A stretch of DNA of 64,000 bases from Candidatus Binatia bacterium (GCA_022824615.1 JAJDZM010000072.1:18343-82342); one strand, 5' to 3'. Counted from the first letter of the stretch, positions 52,522 through 63,158 are shown. A program made the numbers and translations. The notes: generated by a model not told the origin, from the sequence alone.

Positions 52522-54195
52522 TCAGAACATGCCCGAAATTTTGCCGTTCTCATCCATCCGCATCCCGGCAGCCGCAGGTTTTGCGCCCAAGCCGGGCATG
52601 GTCAGCATGTCCCCGGTGAGCGGGACGCAGAAGCCGGCCCCGGCCGAGAGCCGGATTTCACGCACACTCAGCACAAAGTCACGCGGCCGGCCGTAGCGTT
52701 TTGGGTCGTCGGACAGCGACATCTGGGTCTTGGCCATGCAAATGGGCACTTGGTCATACCCCAAGTCGTTGATCCGTTTGAGGTCAGTGCGCGCGCGTGG
52801 CAGCAGGGTAATATCCGCCGCGCCGTAAACTTTTTGGGCGATAGTCCGAATTTTGTCCTCAATCGGCATTTCTGTTGGATACAGAAAACGCTGGACCGGA
52901 GCCGGTTCGTCGCCGGCTTTCACTACCGCCTCGGCCAACTCCAGCCCGCCTTCTCCTCCTTGGCCAAACACGTCAATGACTATTGCGTCTACGCCCAGGG
53001 ATTTGCTTTCCTCTACGACCAGTTGCAGTTCCTCCTCGGTATCGGTGGCAAACCGATTCACCGCCACAATCGGCCGGAGGCCAAATGCGCTCAGACTCTC
53101 GACGTGTTTAGCCAGGTTTTCCATGCCCTGCTTCAGGGTTGACAGGTCGGGCGTGTTCACGTCCGCCACTGGCGTACCGCCGTGCATTTTAAGCGCCTTG
53201 ACCGTTGCGACCAGGACCACCGCGGCGGGCCACAGGTCGGCCTCGCGGCATTTGATATTGAGGAATTTCTCTCCTCCCAGATCAAACCCGAAGCCGGCTT
53301 CGGTCACTACATAATCGGCGTAGTTCAGGGCGAGTCGCGTGGCGAGAACACTGTTACAGCCGTGGGCGATATTGCCGAACGGTCCGGCGTGGATGAAGGC
53401 CGGCACACCCTCCACGGTCTGGACCAGGTTGGGTTTGAGGGCGTCTTTCAAAATAATGGCCATGGCCTCCGGCGCGTGAATCCGGTCCGCGGTAACTGCC
53501 TCCCCCTGGGACGAATAGCCAAGCACTATACGCGACAGACGCTGAATGAGGTCCGCGGGTCCGCTCGTCAGAGCCAGGATCGCCATAACTTCTGAGGCCG
53601 CAGTGATATCAAAGCCCTCTTCACGCGGGATGCCCATGAGCCGCCCGCCAAGACCCATCACGATTTGACGCAGCGCGCGGTCATTCATGTCCATGACGCG
53701 CCGCCAGCGAATCTGACGCACATCCAAATCCACCGTTCGGTGAAACATGGCGGCATCCATCATGGCCGACAACAGATTGTGCGCAGAGCTGACGGCGTGA
53801 ATATCGCCGGTGAAGTGCAGGTTGATATCCTCCATGGGCAGGACTTGAGAGTGGCCCCCGCCACAGCCTCCGCCTTTCACCCCAAAGACCGGACCCATTG
53901 AGGGTTCGCGCACCGCTACCGTTGCCTTTTTCCCCAGGCGGGTCAGGGCCTGGCCCAGGCCTATCGTCGTGGTGGTCTTGCCCTCACCCGCAGGGGTTGG
54001 GTTAATGGCAGAAACAAGAATCAGCTTGCCCTGGGTCTGAGCAGGCGCGGCAGAGAGGGCCTCAAGCGCGATTTTCGCCTTCACGCGACCGTAGGGCTCG
54101 AGATGTTCTGACGGTAATGATAGCTGCGCGGCGATCTCTTCAATCGGCTTCAAGCGGACGGACTGGGCAACGGCAAGGTTTTGGTCTCGGCTCAT
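52522..54195 (-). CDS. fhs: Formate-tetrahydrofolate ligase
   Basis: 557 aa. LILVSAINPTPAGEGKTTTTIGLGQAL...EPSMGPVFGVKGGGCGGG...PAFIHAGPFGNIAHGCNS. Confidence 0.95.
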   Translation of the reverse strand: MSRDQNLAVAQSVRLKPIEEIAAQLSLPSEHLEPYGRVKAKIALEALSAAPAQTQGKLILVSAINPTPAGEGKTTTTIGLGQALTRLGKKATVAVREPSMGPVFGVKGGGCGGGHSQVLPMEDINLHFTGDIHAVSSAHNLLSAMMDAAMFHRTVDLDVRQIRWRRVMDMNDRALRQIVMGLGGRLMGIPREEGFDITAASEVMAILALTSGPADLIQRLSRIVLGYSSQGEAVTADRIHAPEAMAIILKDALKPNLVQTVEGVPAFIHAGPFGNIAHGCNSVLATRLALNYADYVVTEAGFGFDLGGEKFLNIKCREADLWPAAVVLVATVKALKMHGGTPVADVNTPDLSTLKQGMENLAKHVESLSAFGLRPIVAVNRFATDTEEELQLVVEESKSLGVDAIVIDVFGQGGEGGLELAEAVVKAGDEPAPVQRFLYPTEMPIEDKIRTIAQKVYGAADITLLPRARTDLKRINDLGYDQVPICMAKTQMSLSDDPKRYGRPRDFVLSVREIRLSAGAGFCVPLTGDMLTMPGLGAKPAAAGMRMDENGKISGMF

Positions 54196-54339
54196 GAAGA
54201 GTGAACGTACCCAGCTTTTTTGTCTGATGGAAGGGCAGGCTTACTCTTTTTCGGGCGGTTCCCTTTATCACAAACGATGGTCCACGCTCCTGACCGGTAG
54301 GCCGGCGCGTGCTATGCTGACCCGAACTTAGGAGTTGGC

Positions 54340-55365
54340 ATGGCAGAACACTCTTCCTCTCGTCGGCGTTTACTGAATCTCGCCCTCAGCCTGGTGGTGA
54401 GTGGGGGCTTTCTGTATCTGGCGTTTCGCAACGTTGAACTGGATGAACTGGGCGTCGCGCTCGGCCGGGTGCAGGTTGGCTGGTTGTGTGTGGCCGTCGT
54501 CGTCAGCCTGCTCATTATGGTGCTGCGCGCCTGGCGCTGGCAACTGGAACTCCGTCCCCTCGAACACGTGCCGGTCGGCCGGCTATGGGTCGTGACCTCG
54601 GTCGCCTATATGACCATTCAACTGCTGCCGGTGCGCCTGGGCGAGGTCGTCCGTCCCTGGCTCTTATCCCGCCGTTCCCAGGTGTCCATTTCAAACGTTA
54701 TCGGCAATCTGGTGGTCGAGAAGATGATGGACTCGATCTGTATTGTCTTCTATCTGCTGGCCGGCCTGCTGCTGATTGAAAGCCTGCCCGTATGGGTCCG
54801 TCGCGGTGCGCTGGTTCCAGCCGCGATTGCCGCTGTTTTCGTGTCCGTGGTCCTGCTGTTTTGGTGGAAGGGGGAGGCGTTTGTTGATCGCTGGGTCCTC
54901 CGCCTGCTCCCGGCACGTTTTGGCGATCGGGTCAAAAGTATTCTGGCCGCCATCACCGACGGGATGCGGATTCTGCCCAATCCCGGCCTGCTCCTGGCCG
55001 TCTTTGTGGTCTCCCTGCTGGTCTGGTTTCTGCCTATTGTGTCGAGCTATATCATGATCCGCGCCTTTGATCTGTCCGCGCCTTTTAGCGCGGCCCTGGT
55101 CATTTTCATTTTTATCAGCTTTGGGACGGCGCTGCCGAATCTGCCGGGCATGATCGGACCGTATCAATACGTGTGTCAGCTCGCCCTTGGCATCTATGGG
55201 GTGAGCGACGCTGACGGCCTGGCCTACGGCCTAGTCCTCAACGCCGTCCAGCTTCTGACCCTCATTGGCCAGGGGTTAATCGCCCTGCCCATTGCCGGGG
55301 TGAGTTTTTCCGATATTCGACAGGCCGGTGATCGGCTGGCGCAGCAGAGGGCGGACGCGGGCTAG
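54340..55365 (+). CDS. Flippase-like / lysylphosphatidylglycerol-synthase TM-region family membrane protein (UPF0104)
   Basis: 341 aa and polytopic. N-terminus RRRLLNLALSLVVSGGFLYLAFRNVELDEL...RAWRWQ is typical of this family. Confidence 0.65.
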   Translation: MAEHSSSRRRLLNLALSLVVSGGFLYLAFRNVELDELGVALGRVQVGWLCVAVVVSLLIMVLRAWRWQLELRPLEHVPVGRLWVVTSVAYMTIQLLPVRLGEVVRPWLLSRRSQVSISNVIGNLVVEKMMDSICIVFYLLAGLLLIESLPVWVRRGALVPAAIAAVFVSVVLLFWWKGEAFVDRWVLRLLPARFGDRVKSILAAITDGMRILPNPGLLLAVFVVSLLVWFLPIVSSYIMIRAFDLSAPFSAALVIFIFISFGTALPNLPGMIGPYQYVCQLALGIYGVSDADGLAYGLVLNAVQLLTLIGQGLIALPIAGVSFSDIRQAGDRLAQQRADAG

Positions 55366-55422
55366 GGGCAGTGAGAGCAAATCCGAATGGTCGTACCACC
55401 AGGGCCATGCTACACACAGGAT

Positions 55423-55983
55423 ATGGCACACCGCTTTCTCCCGAGGTTTGTTGGGGGCGTTGTTGTGGCTCTATTGGTCGCAGCAACGACAATATATGCC
55501 GATGATATTCTGGACCGCTTGCATAATAATATAGACCGCTTTGAGTTATGGAATGCATGCCAGCCAATACTCTTAATCGTCGAGCCCATACATGATGACG
55601 CCGTGCAGATTGGCTTGACATACGAGGCCATCTCAACGATGGTACGCAGCAGGCTACGCGCTGCCCGCCTCTATAGAGATCTTAATGTTCCCTTTAGTGA
55701 TGATGGGAGGTTGATTCCATATCTGTATGTGAACGTCGGTGCTATCGGCGATGCACGAGCGATCGGCATACACGTAAGGTTCGCTTTCAAGAAGCATGTC
55801 TCTGATCCTATAAGTGGTAAAGATGGCATTGCCACTACCTGGAGAAAGGTTCGCGAAGGAATAACGACCTCGCCTGATGCTGACTTCATTCTCTCCGCGG
55901 TCTCACGACTAACGGATGAGTTCATTGACGAATATCTACGTGTTAATGAGTCGGCCTGCCCACGCTCACCCATTGACCCTTGA
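55423..55983 (+). CDS. Hypothetical secreted/anchored protein
   Basis: AT-richer ORF. MAHRFLPRFVGGVVVALLVAATTIYA is signal-like. No recognisable domain. Confidence 0.45.
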   Translation: MAHRFLPRFVGGVVVALLVAATTIYADDILDRLHNNIDRFELWNACQPILLIVEPIHDDAVQIGLTYEAISTMVRSRLRAARLYRDLNVPFSDDGRLIPYLYVNVGAIGDARAIGIHVRFAFKKHVSDPISGKDGIATTWRKVREGITTSPDADFILSAVSRLTDEFIDEYLRVNESACPRSPIDP

Positions 55984-56050
55984 TGTAGACCTTAAACCAA
56001 GGCGCGAGCACGTCCTTGAGCACCTCAACACAGCAAGGACAAGGGTCGGA

Positions 56051-56152
56051 TCAAGCGAGGCGGAACCGGTTGCGGAGGGTCAGTAGCAGGAACAAGAGGA
56101 AGATCGGCCCGAGGACGGCCTTGACCGTGCCCACCACTTTCCTTCTCTTCAT
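56051..56152 (-). CDS. Candidate 33-aa single-TM peptide downstream of the 349-aa gene
   Basis: Below the ORF-track cutoff. MKRRKVVGTVKAVLGPIFLLFLLLTLRNRFRLA*. AAGGAG lies about 14 nt upstream. Same strand as, and 97 nt after, the 56250-57299 ORF. Confidence 0.25.
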   Translation of the reverse strand: MKRRKVVGTVKAVLGPIFLLFLLLTLRNRFRLA

Positions 56153-56249
56153 TTCTGACACAGCTTCTCCTTTCTCCCAACCCTCACACCCCTCTCAACG
56201 TGCCTTTTCTCACCACGTCAGCCGGAGCTATTCTACCCTACTCGTGTTC

Positions 56250-57299
56250 CTATCCAGTCGTGCGCCCTCTATAGCTATCTGAACTAGGAGCGGTCGATTG
56301 AGGTGGTTCCTCTCCGCTCCAAGTTCTGAAGAATCTTTCCTTGTCTTTGACAAACACCTTTTTCTCCGCATCCCAATACTCACAAGCGTCTTGGTTGAAG
56401 TAAATGCGATCATGGAGTTCTCGCAAGTTACCATTTCCTTCCTCAAGCTCTTCTCTGATCCTTCGCTTAAAGTCCCGGACTATCCAGATGTTGGACATCA
56501 TTCTGTCATAGGCAATCTCAATGATTTGGTCGGCTGGGAATAAATCTCCATCAGTGATCTCCTTTTCAATGAAATACATAAACCCGTTTATATACGACCT
56601 TTTCCCTTCTTTTTCAGGGAAAGTAGCATCCCTTAATCTTTCCCATGCTGCCTTCTTCTCTTCTATAGGCAACTCTTCTTCCCTCCCTAACCGTTCTCCC
56701 GTCCCAACCTCCTCCCACAGCTCTCTGATCCTGGTGTCGAGCACATCCCCAACAGTCAGCAAGGGTTCGTCTCTCCCAAGAGCTTTTTGCATGGCCCATA
56801 CTGCCAGTCGGACGACCTCCTCTATGAGGTGGACCGTAGTCGGTTCAATCGCATCCTTCCCGGTTCTGGTCTCTATTAGGCTGTACCGCCACGCTTCGTA
56901 ATCCCGGTCAACCGCCTGCAAGAATTCCCCGATATTTTTATAGTTTGCATAGGTATGAAGAGAGGTGTACGCCCTGAATGCGCTCTCCATCTGCTCTCTT
57001 ATCTCCGGCCTCACCTGCTTCAGTCTGTCGTTCATCTTGCTGAAGCTGTGTCCGCATTTCTTCATCGCCTCCAGATCGAATGTATGATCGTAAAAATGAA
57101 TGAGGGTCTTCAGCGATTGCTCCAATAAGCAGTATCCGCTGCTGACATAGAGCCACGCGTTCGCCCAATGGTCTTTGGTCATCAAGTCCCTCTTAAAGGG
57201 ATACTTCTTTACCGTCTCTTTGAACCCTTCGTAGGCTCCCTCAAGGGTGTCTGCTATGTCTTCATTGACCTTGAGATTGATTGTCATGATCCCCCTCAC
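56250..57299 (-). CDS. Hypothetical protein; the N-terminal ~170 aa may be a classical-HEPN-like helical domain
   Basis: AT-richer 349-aa ORF (ATG at 57287 is also possible). SGYCLLEQSLKTLIHFY...CGHSFSKMNDRL...DYEAWRYSL loosely follows the HEPN helix pattern (E-x-x-L-K, H-x-L/F, R-Y), but there is no clear Rx4H. The C-terminal half is unassigned. Confidence 0.45.
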   Translation of the reverse strand: MRGIMTINLKVNEDIADTLEGAYEGFKETVKKYPFKRDLMTKDHWANAWLYVSSGYCLLEQSLKTLIHFYDHTFDLEAMKKCGHSFSKMNDRLKQVRPEIREQMESAFRAYTSLHTYANYKNIGEFLQAVDRDYEAWRYSLIETRTGKDAIEPTTVHLIEEVVRLAVWAMQKALGRDEPLLTVGDVLDTRIRELWEEVGTGERLGREEELPIEEKKAAWERLRDATFPEKEGKRSYINGFMYFIEKEITDGDLFPADQIIEIAYDRMMSNIWIVRDFKRRIREELEEGNGNLRELHDRIYFNQDACEYWDAEKKVFVKDKERFFRTWSGEEPPQSTAPSSDSYRGRTTG

Positions 57300-57535
57300 A
57301 CCTCCTCGGCACTATGAAAAGTCGCTGTCCGACGCAATCAGGATAGTGAGCGTTTCATCTTTTTTCGGGGTGGGAGCTTCCAGTTGAGGTAGCTATTCCA
57401 CAACCACGCCCGCTGCTTCGCGTCGTGGTCCTGATTCAGCAGTGCAAGCCAGAATGCCGTATGCTCATCTGCCATCTATGGAGTTCTTGCCGGAGAATAT
57501 CTGGGACTTTGGTGTAGTGAAATGGCTCGGCCTCT

Positions 57536-57562
57536 GGATGCCGGATCAAGTCCGGCATGACG
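57536..57562. repeat. REP-like hairpin (copy D)
   Basis: GGATGCCGGATCAAGTCCGGCATGACG has the same ends as 9541-9590 but lacks the nested 24-nt insert. Confidence 0.7.
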
Positions 57563-57601
57563 GGAGTGTACTGGCGCGGCTACGATTTAGCGTGAAACGG
57601 G

Positions 57602-58960
57602 CTAAGGCCAAATTTTCCCCGGATTCAGAATACCCTTGGGATCAAAGACGTGCTTAACGCCCTTCATCAGTTCAAGTGCGCCGCCGTGTTCTTGGGCAAC
57701 ATATTTCTGGCTGCCGAGCCCAATGCCGTGCTCGCCTGAAGCGGTTCCTCCGATAGACAGGACAAAGGCCACAATCTCATCTTTGGCCCGGTTGGCGACG
57801 GCCCAGCGCTGTTCGTCCGCCGGGTTTTCACGCAGCAGAGCGTGCAGAATACCGAGTCCGGCGTGACCAAAGGTGTGCAAGACGGTGCCGTGCCGCTCGG
57901 CAATCGCATAGCTCTGGTCAATCACCTCGGGCAGACACGAGACGGGAAAACCCATATCTGTGCGAATCGTTTTGGCGCGCGGGTTGAGGGCCTGAATTGC
58001 GCGGGTCGTGAAATGGCGAATCTCCCACGGATTGCGTCCGCCGGGCAGAACAATCCGCTCGCCCCGCTGCTCTTCACACAGACCCTGGGCGGTCTCGAAC
58101 ACTTCTTCGACTGTGCTCTCGGAACCGTGGACCTCAAGAAACAACGAGGGTCGCTCGGTGAGACCGAAATCCTGAAAGCGGTTGAGGGCGGCGATGGAAC
58201 GTTGGTCAAGAAACTCGACCGCGGCCAGATCAACTCCGTAGCGCATCATTGCCGCGATCGCCGTGACCGCCGCTTTTTCGGACGGAAAGGTAAACGCGCC
58301 CTGTTTCCGCCCCTGCGGCAGACCGACCAGGGAGAGCGTCAGTTCGGTCGTAATGCCCAGCGTCCCCTCAGAGCCGACGAGCAGGCCCAGCAGATGATAG
58401 CCTGACGACGTTTTGCGGCTGCGCGTCCCCAGTTCAAGGACCTTGCCCGTGCCGGTCACCACGGTGGCGGCTTTGACATGAGCGCGCGTCCCGCCGTATT
58501 TGACCGAATAGATACCGCTGGCATTATTCGCCACCATCCCGCCAATTGTTGCCACATCGGAACTGCCACCGGGTGACGGCGGGAAAAACAAGCCATGGGC
58601 TTTGAGCCGGTCATTCAGATCGTTGTAGACGACGCCGGGTTGAACCGTGACCTGAAGGTCCTCTGCGTGCACGGTGACAACGCGGTCCATACGCGAGAGG
58701 TCCGCCACGATCCCGCCCCGGACCGGAATGGGGTTGCCCTCCAGGCTCGACCCCGCTCCCCGAGCTGTCAGCGCCAGCGTCTGCTCATAGGCATAGCGCA
58801 CGACCCGGCGAACATCCTCGGTCGTCTGGGGCCAGACAACCACGTCGGGGAATGTTGGCGGACAGGCCGACTCGTCGTGTGAGGCAAGCTCCAGGTCGGC
58901 GGGCCGGGTGGAAACCTGCTCCGAGGAAAGCAGCGCTGTCAGATCATCCGTGAGAGACAT
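57602..58960 (-). CDS. FAD-linked oxidase (GlcD / D-lactate dehydrogenase-like)
   Basis: ARGAGSSLEGNPIP...GVVYNDLN...GGMVANNASG...SGEHGIGLGSQKY...DPKGILNPGK. The ATG at 58960 (MSLTDDLTALL) lies 4 nt after the typA stop; the track start at 59179 overlaps typA. Confidence 0.85.
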   Translation of the reverse strand: MSLTDDLTALLSSEQVSTRPADLELASHDESACPPTFPDVVVWPQTTEDVRRVVRYAYEQTLALTARGAGSSLEGNPIPVRGGIVADLSRMDRVVTVHAEDLQVTVQPGVVYNDLNDRLKAHGLFFPPSPGGSSDVATIGGMVANNASGIYSVKYGGTRAHVKAATVVTGTGKVLELGTRSRKTSSGYHLLGLLVGSEGTLGITTELTLSLVGLPQGRKQGAFTFPSEKAAVTAIAAMMRYGVDLAAVEFLDQRSIAALNRFQDFGLTERPSLFLEVHGSESTVEEVFETAQGLCEEQRGERIVLPGGRNPWEIRHFTTRAIQALNPRAKTIRTDMGFPVSCLPEVIDQSYAIAERHGTVLHTFGHAGLGILHALLRENPADEQRWAVANRAKDEIVAFVLSIGGTASGEHGIGLGSQKYVAQEHGGALELMKGVKHVFDPKGILNPGKIWP

Positions 58961-58964
58961 CGGA

Positions 58965-60842
58965 CTACCCGAACGGCTGGTCAATGTTCGCAGAGAGCAG
59001 GCCATCATCGCGACGTTTGGGCCGCATGTTCTGGGCCAGAATCTGCTTGCGCAAGCGGATGGACAGCGGCGTGACTTCGACCAATTCATCCGCGGCAATC
59101 CATTCCAGGGCGTCTTCCAAATCCAGGTCTTTATACGGAACGAGGCGAACCGCTTCATCTCGTCCCGCCGCACGCACATTGGTCAACTTCTTCTCCCGAC
59201 ACACGTTCACATCAAGGTCCTTGTCGCGCGCATGCTCTCCGACTACCATGCCCTCATACACGCGCGTGCCGGCCGGGATAAAGAAGACCCCGCGCTCCTG
59301 CAAATGAAAAAGCGAATAGGGAGTAGCCTGTCCTTCGCGGTCGGCGACCAGGGCGCTATTAGTCCGATTCTGGATCGGACCGTGCCAGGCGGCATAGCCG
59401 TTGAAGAGCGTATGCATAACGCCCGTCCCGCGCGTCTCCGTCAGAAAGCGTGACCGAAAGCCGATCAGGCCGCGCGAGGGAACGGAAAACTCCAGACCGA
59501 CCCGGCCCGATTCCGGAGGGGCCATGTTTGTCAGGAATCCTTTGCGCTGGGCCATGAGCTGAGAGACCTGACCGACATAGTCCTCCTGGACATCGATGAA
59601 TACCAGCTCCATCGGTTCCTGGAGTTGACCCTCACTTTCTTTTCCAATGACCGTTGGCTTGGAAACCTGAAGTTCGTAGCCTTCGCGTCGCATGGTCTCA
59701 ATCACCACCGAGAGCTGAAGCTCGCCCCGCCCCATCACCCGAAAGGCGTCGGGCGAGTCGGTCTCCTCCACGCGCAGACTCACGTTTTTATGCATCTCGG
59801 CAAAGAGCCGTTCGCGGAGACGGCGTGACGTCACATATTGCCCTTCCCGGCCCGCCCAGGGACCGGTGTTCACCCCGAAGACCATGGCCAGCGTCGGATC
59901 GTCAATCTGAATCGTGGGCAGGGCCACCGGATTGTCACTATCGGAGATCGTCTCTCCGATCTGAATCTCTTCAATCCCGGCCACCGCAACAATATCGCCG
60001 GCCTGCGCCGAATCGATCTCGTGCCGTTTGAGCCCCTGCCAGCTATACAACTGGGCAACTTTGCACGGCAGGCGGGAGCCATCGGCGCGACACAGCGTAT
60101 AGGCGGCCGTGCTCTGAAGCTCGCCCTGAATAATACGTCCGACGGCAATCCGACCAATATACTCATTATAGTCCAGGTTGTTCACGTGGAACTGCACGGG
60201 ACCGTCCAGCGCATAGGCCGGACCGGGCAGGGCCGAGACAATCAGGTCAAAGAGCGGCTGAAGATTACGCCCTTCCTCGTCCAGGTCGCGTTTGGCAATC
60301 CCGGCCCGGGCGTTGGTATATACCACGGGAAAGGCGAGTTGCTCGTCTGAGGCGCCGAGATCGATGAAGAGGTCATAAATGGCATCCAGCACCGCGGCGA
60401 CCCGCGCGTCCCGCCGGTCGATTTTGTTAATGCAGACAATCGAGGGCAGCCCGGCCTCCAGGGCTTTCTTCAGGACAAAGCGCGTCTGGGGCAGCGGACC
60501 TTCCGAGGCGTCTACCAGGAGCATCACCCCATCGACCATAGCCAGCGAGCGCTCGACCTCGCCGCCAAAATCCGCGTGGCCCGGTGTATCGACAAAATTG
60601 ATTTTCACGCCCTGATACGAAAGCGCCGCGTTCTTGGCCAGAATGGTGATACCGCGCTCCCGTTCCAGGGCAAACGAATCCATCACCCGCTCTGCGACCT
60701 GTTCGTTGTCCCGAAAAGTACCGCTCTGTTTGAGCAGAGCGTCAATAAGGGTGGTTTTGCCATGATCGACATGGGCGATAATGGCGACATTCCGAATATC
60801 CTCACGCCGGGGCGTGCCATTGTGCAAAATCGTCTCCTCCAT
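58965..60842 (-). CDS. typA: Translational GTPase TypA/BipA
   Basis: [26 protein letters not shown]...[17 protein letters not shown]...CINKIDR. 625 aa. Confidence 0.95.
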   Translation of the reverse strand: MEETILHNGTPRREDIRNVAIIAHVDHGKTTLIDALLKQSGTFRDNEQVAERVMDSFALERERGITILAKNAALSYQGVKINFVDTPGHADFGGEVERSLAMVDGVMLLVDASEGPLPQTRFVLKKALEAGLPSIVCINKIDRRDARVAAVLDAIYDLFIDLGASDEQLAFPVVYTNARAGIAKRDLDEEGRNLQPLFDLIVSALPGPAYALDGPVQFHVNNLDYNEYIGRIAVGRIIQGELQSTAAYTLCRADGSRLPCKVAQLYSWQGLKRHEIDSAQAGDIVAVAGIEEIQIGETISDSDNPVALPTIQIDDPTLAMVFGVNTGPWAGREGQYVTSRRLRERLFAEMHKNVSLRVEETDSPDAFRVMGRGELQLSVVIETMRREGYELQVSKPTVIGKESEGQLQEPMELVFIDVQEDYVGQVSQLMAQRKGFLTNMAPPESGRVGLEFSVPSRGLIGFRSRFLTETRGTGVMHTLFNGYAAWHGPIQNRTNSALVADREGQATPYSLFHLQERGVFFIPAGTRVYEGMVVGEHARDKDLDVNVCREKKLTNVRAAGRDEAVRLVPYKDLDLEDALEWIAADELVEVTPLSIRLRKQILAQNMRPKRRDDGLLSANIDQPFG

Positions 60843-60865
60843 ACACTTTTACTTTTTCCCGGCCC

Positions 60866-61270
60866 TCACTCCGAGCGGGACGGCGCGATGATATCGCACC
60901 GAGGACCGCTGGCGCGGCTGAGCCGGCGGTCCAGCGTCATCAGCGGACAGTCGAGCGCCTCGGCGAGGGCCACATACCAGGCGTCGTAACTGGTCAGGTT
61001 GGCCCGTAATGCCCAGACGCGCTCGGCAAACGGCGCAAAAGGGAACAACTCAAGGGCCAACCGCAGGAGATCCCTGTGAGCGCTCGTCGCCTCAAGACGG
61101 GATATTTCACCGGCGTGCTCCAAGCGGCGCAGAATATTGCTGGCCTCAACCAAGGCCAACTCCGGCCCGGCCAAGGGACCTTCGGCCAGCGCGGCTTCCG
61201 CCCACTGCCCCGCATGCCCCGAGTCGACCAAGGCCGCGACGAGTACGGACGCATCAACGACTCTCGTCAT
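60866..61270 (-). CDS. vapC: PIN-domain toxin VapC
   Basis: MTRVVDASVLVAAL...SYDAWYVALAEAL...LMTLDRRL. Overlaps the antitoxin stop by 4 nt. Confidence 0.85.
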   Translation of the reverse strand: MTRVVDASVLVAALVDSGHAGQWAEAALAEGPLAGPELALVEASNILRRLEHAGEISRLEATSAHRDLLRLALELFPFAPFAERVWALRANLTSYDAWYVALAEALDCPLMTLDRRLSRASGPRCDIIAPSRSE

Positions 61271-61503
61271 GTCCGGTCCGCATCACGGGTGTACAGAATA
61301 CGGGCCGGCCGGACCCGGGTTCCTGCGGCGTCCTTGCGGGCGCGCACACCTTGGAGCCATTCGTCAACGGCAGGCCGGGACGCGATACGCTCCAGCTCCC
61401 CGCGCAGGAATTCCTGCATGGACTGGTGCTGCCGTGCGGCACGCGCTGCGAGTATATCGCGCACGGTCTCGGGGACGCCTCGTATCGTAATCTGTACTGG
61501 CAT
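61267..61503 (-). CDS. vapB: RHH antitoxin (VapB/FitA-like)
   Basis: MPVQITIRGVPETVRDILAARAARQHQSMQEFLRGEL. Confidence 0.8.
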   Translation of the reverse strand: MPVQITIRGVPETVRDILAARAARQHQSMQEFLRGELERIASRPAVDEWLQGVRARKDAAGTRVRPARILYTRDADRT

Positions 61504-61768
61504 GACCGCATTACACCATCACTGACAGCAAACTGCAATCGGCCCCTAAACTCGCGCCGGTGATGATTGCCACACGGTCCTGTAAACCAAAGTCCATATA
61601 CCCCTCCTAACAGCGCCGAAGGCGAGACGGCCCGAGTTGATTGCGCGCCCATTGTCCTGGCATTCCAGAGCCTGTCAAGAGGAAAAGCGTGGTGGCGTTG
61701 CGCGTCCGGCCCAGGAAGCGCAAGATGTGTCCCAACGTGTTCCGGCGCAAAAAAGTGTTCCCATTGTT

Positions 61769-62515
61769 ATGCTGAAAGCTGTCTTTTTTGATTTTGATGG
61801 AACCCTGGCCGACGATGGGGCAACGATTGATCGGGCCCTCAAGACTGCGTTTGCGGTGATATGCGAACGCTGGCCGGACCTCAGTGCGGCGGCGCTTGAA
61901 TCAACCTACCGTCAGATCTCCGGCCGCGCCTGGGGAGATTATGATCGCTACCTGCGCCCCCTGGGGTCAGCGGAGGCCATGCTCGCCTCTCTGTGGCAGC
62001 AAACCCTTGAACGGTTTGGCCACGATGACGCAGAGGTCGCGCACGCCGCGGCCACGACCTATTGGAAAAAGCGGTTACGCAACTGCCAACCGTATCCCGA
62101 CGTGCTGCCCTTTCTCGCAGACCTGACCCAGCGCTTTCATGTCAGTCTGCTCACCAATGGCGCACCCAGCATGCAGCGGGCCAAAGTAAAAGCAGCCGGT
62201 CTCCATGAATATTTCCGCGATATCTTTGTCGGTGGCGAATTTGATCAGGGCAAACCCGCTCCCTTTATCTTTTCTGCCGCCCTCAGCGCTGCCAACTGCC
62301 GCCCCGAAGAAGCCGTGTATGTTGGCGACTCTCTGCTGCACGATATCGTGGGCGCTCGAAACAGTGGGCTGCATAGCGTCTGGCTCAACCGGAAGAGGCG
62401 AGCCAGACACGAAGTCCTGCAAGCCCATACGGCGGACGGCCTCGACCGGTTGGCCCAGCCCGATTTTGAGATTAGCCATCTCTCGGCGTTGCCGGCCTGT
62501 CTCGACCAACTCTAG
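61769..62515 (+). CDS. HAD-superfamily hydrolase
   Basis: MLKAVFFDFDGTLADD (DxDGT motif)...SLLTNG...GKPAPFIF...YVGDSLLHDIVGA. The ATG at 61769 is preferred over the track start at 61637. Confidence 0.85.
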   Translation: MLKAVFFDFDGTLADDGATIDRALKTAFAVICERWPDLSAAALESTYRQISGRAWGDYDRYLRPLGSAEAMLASLWQQTLERFGHDDAEVAHAAATTYWKKRLRNCQPYPDVLPFLADLTQRFHVSLLTNGAPSMQRAKVKAAGLHEYFRDIFVGGEFDQGKPAPFIFSAALSAANCRPEEAVYVGDSLLHDIVGARNSGLHSVWLNRKRRARHEVLQAHTADGLDRLAQPDFEISHLSALPACLDQL

Positions 62516-62578
62516 GACCTGCTTGCCCGAACAGCCTCCCACTGATAGCTGAGGCACTGCGAGCCAGAAGAGACCGGC

Positions 62579-63142
62579 ATGGAAAAAAACGCCTATAAAA
62601 TCCTGTTGTTCAATTATTATCGGGATGCCGAATTGCGCGGGGCTGACTTGATTCTGCGGCTAATCAACCTTGCGGAGAACCAGAACATCCAAGAAAAGCT
62701 GGCCCGCCATTTAGCGGATGCGACCAATCACGCCTGGCTCTGGACCGAGCGTATTCTGGCGCTGGGCGGCGAGCCCATGCGGATTGATAATGGCTACCAC
62801 CGTCAACTCCGGCGCAAGGCCGGCCTGCCGGCGAATTTTCTTGACCTGCTGGCCCTCACCTGCGTAGTAGCTGAGCGAGCGCACAGACGCTACACGGAAC
62901 ACGCCGCCCGGTCCGATGTCGCCCCGGAGACGCTTAAGATTCTGCACGAGATGCAGGCAGACGAGAAGGCGCACCTGACCTGGATCAGGGAAAAGATCGC
63001 CGAACTCGAAGCCAAAGAGGGCAAGGAAAAGGTGGATGCCGCCCTCCGGCACTATCGGGAGATCGAGGCGGCTGTTTTCGCCGACATGCAGCAAGAGGAA
63101 CAGCGCGCCCTCGCCCAGGTTGGACCGGACGAAACCAGTTAG
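62579..63142 (+). CDS. Ferritin-like (rubrerythrin-type four-helix bundle) domain protein
   Basis: Paired E-x-x-H-like helices (YRDAELRGADL...DATNHAW...VAERAHRRY...ADEKAHLTW). Confidence 0.5.
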   Translation: MEKNAYKILLFNYYRDAELRGADLILRLINLAENQNIQEKLARHLADATNHAWLWTERILALGGEPMRIDNGYHRQLRRKAGLPANFLDLLALTCVVAERAHRRYTEHAARSDVAPETLKILHEMQADEKAHLTWIREKIAELEAKEGKEKVDAALRHYREIEAAVFADMQQEEQRALAQVGPDETS

Positions 63143-63158
63143 AGATTGGGTGCGCCGC

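Noticed and set aside
54196-54339. ZTP (pfl) or THF riboswitch upstream of fhs
   Set aside because: The reverse-strand leader has some GGGTC…GTGGACC…CCGCC-like fragments. The conserved 3' CCGGGCGCCTGGGCA-type pseudoknot element is not present. It cannot be supported without a covariance-model scan (Infernal/Rfam).
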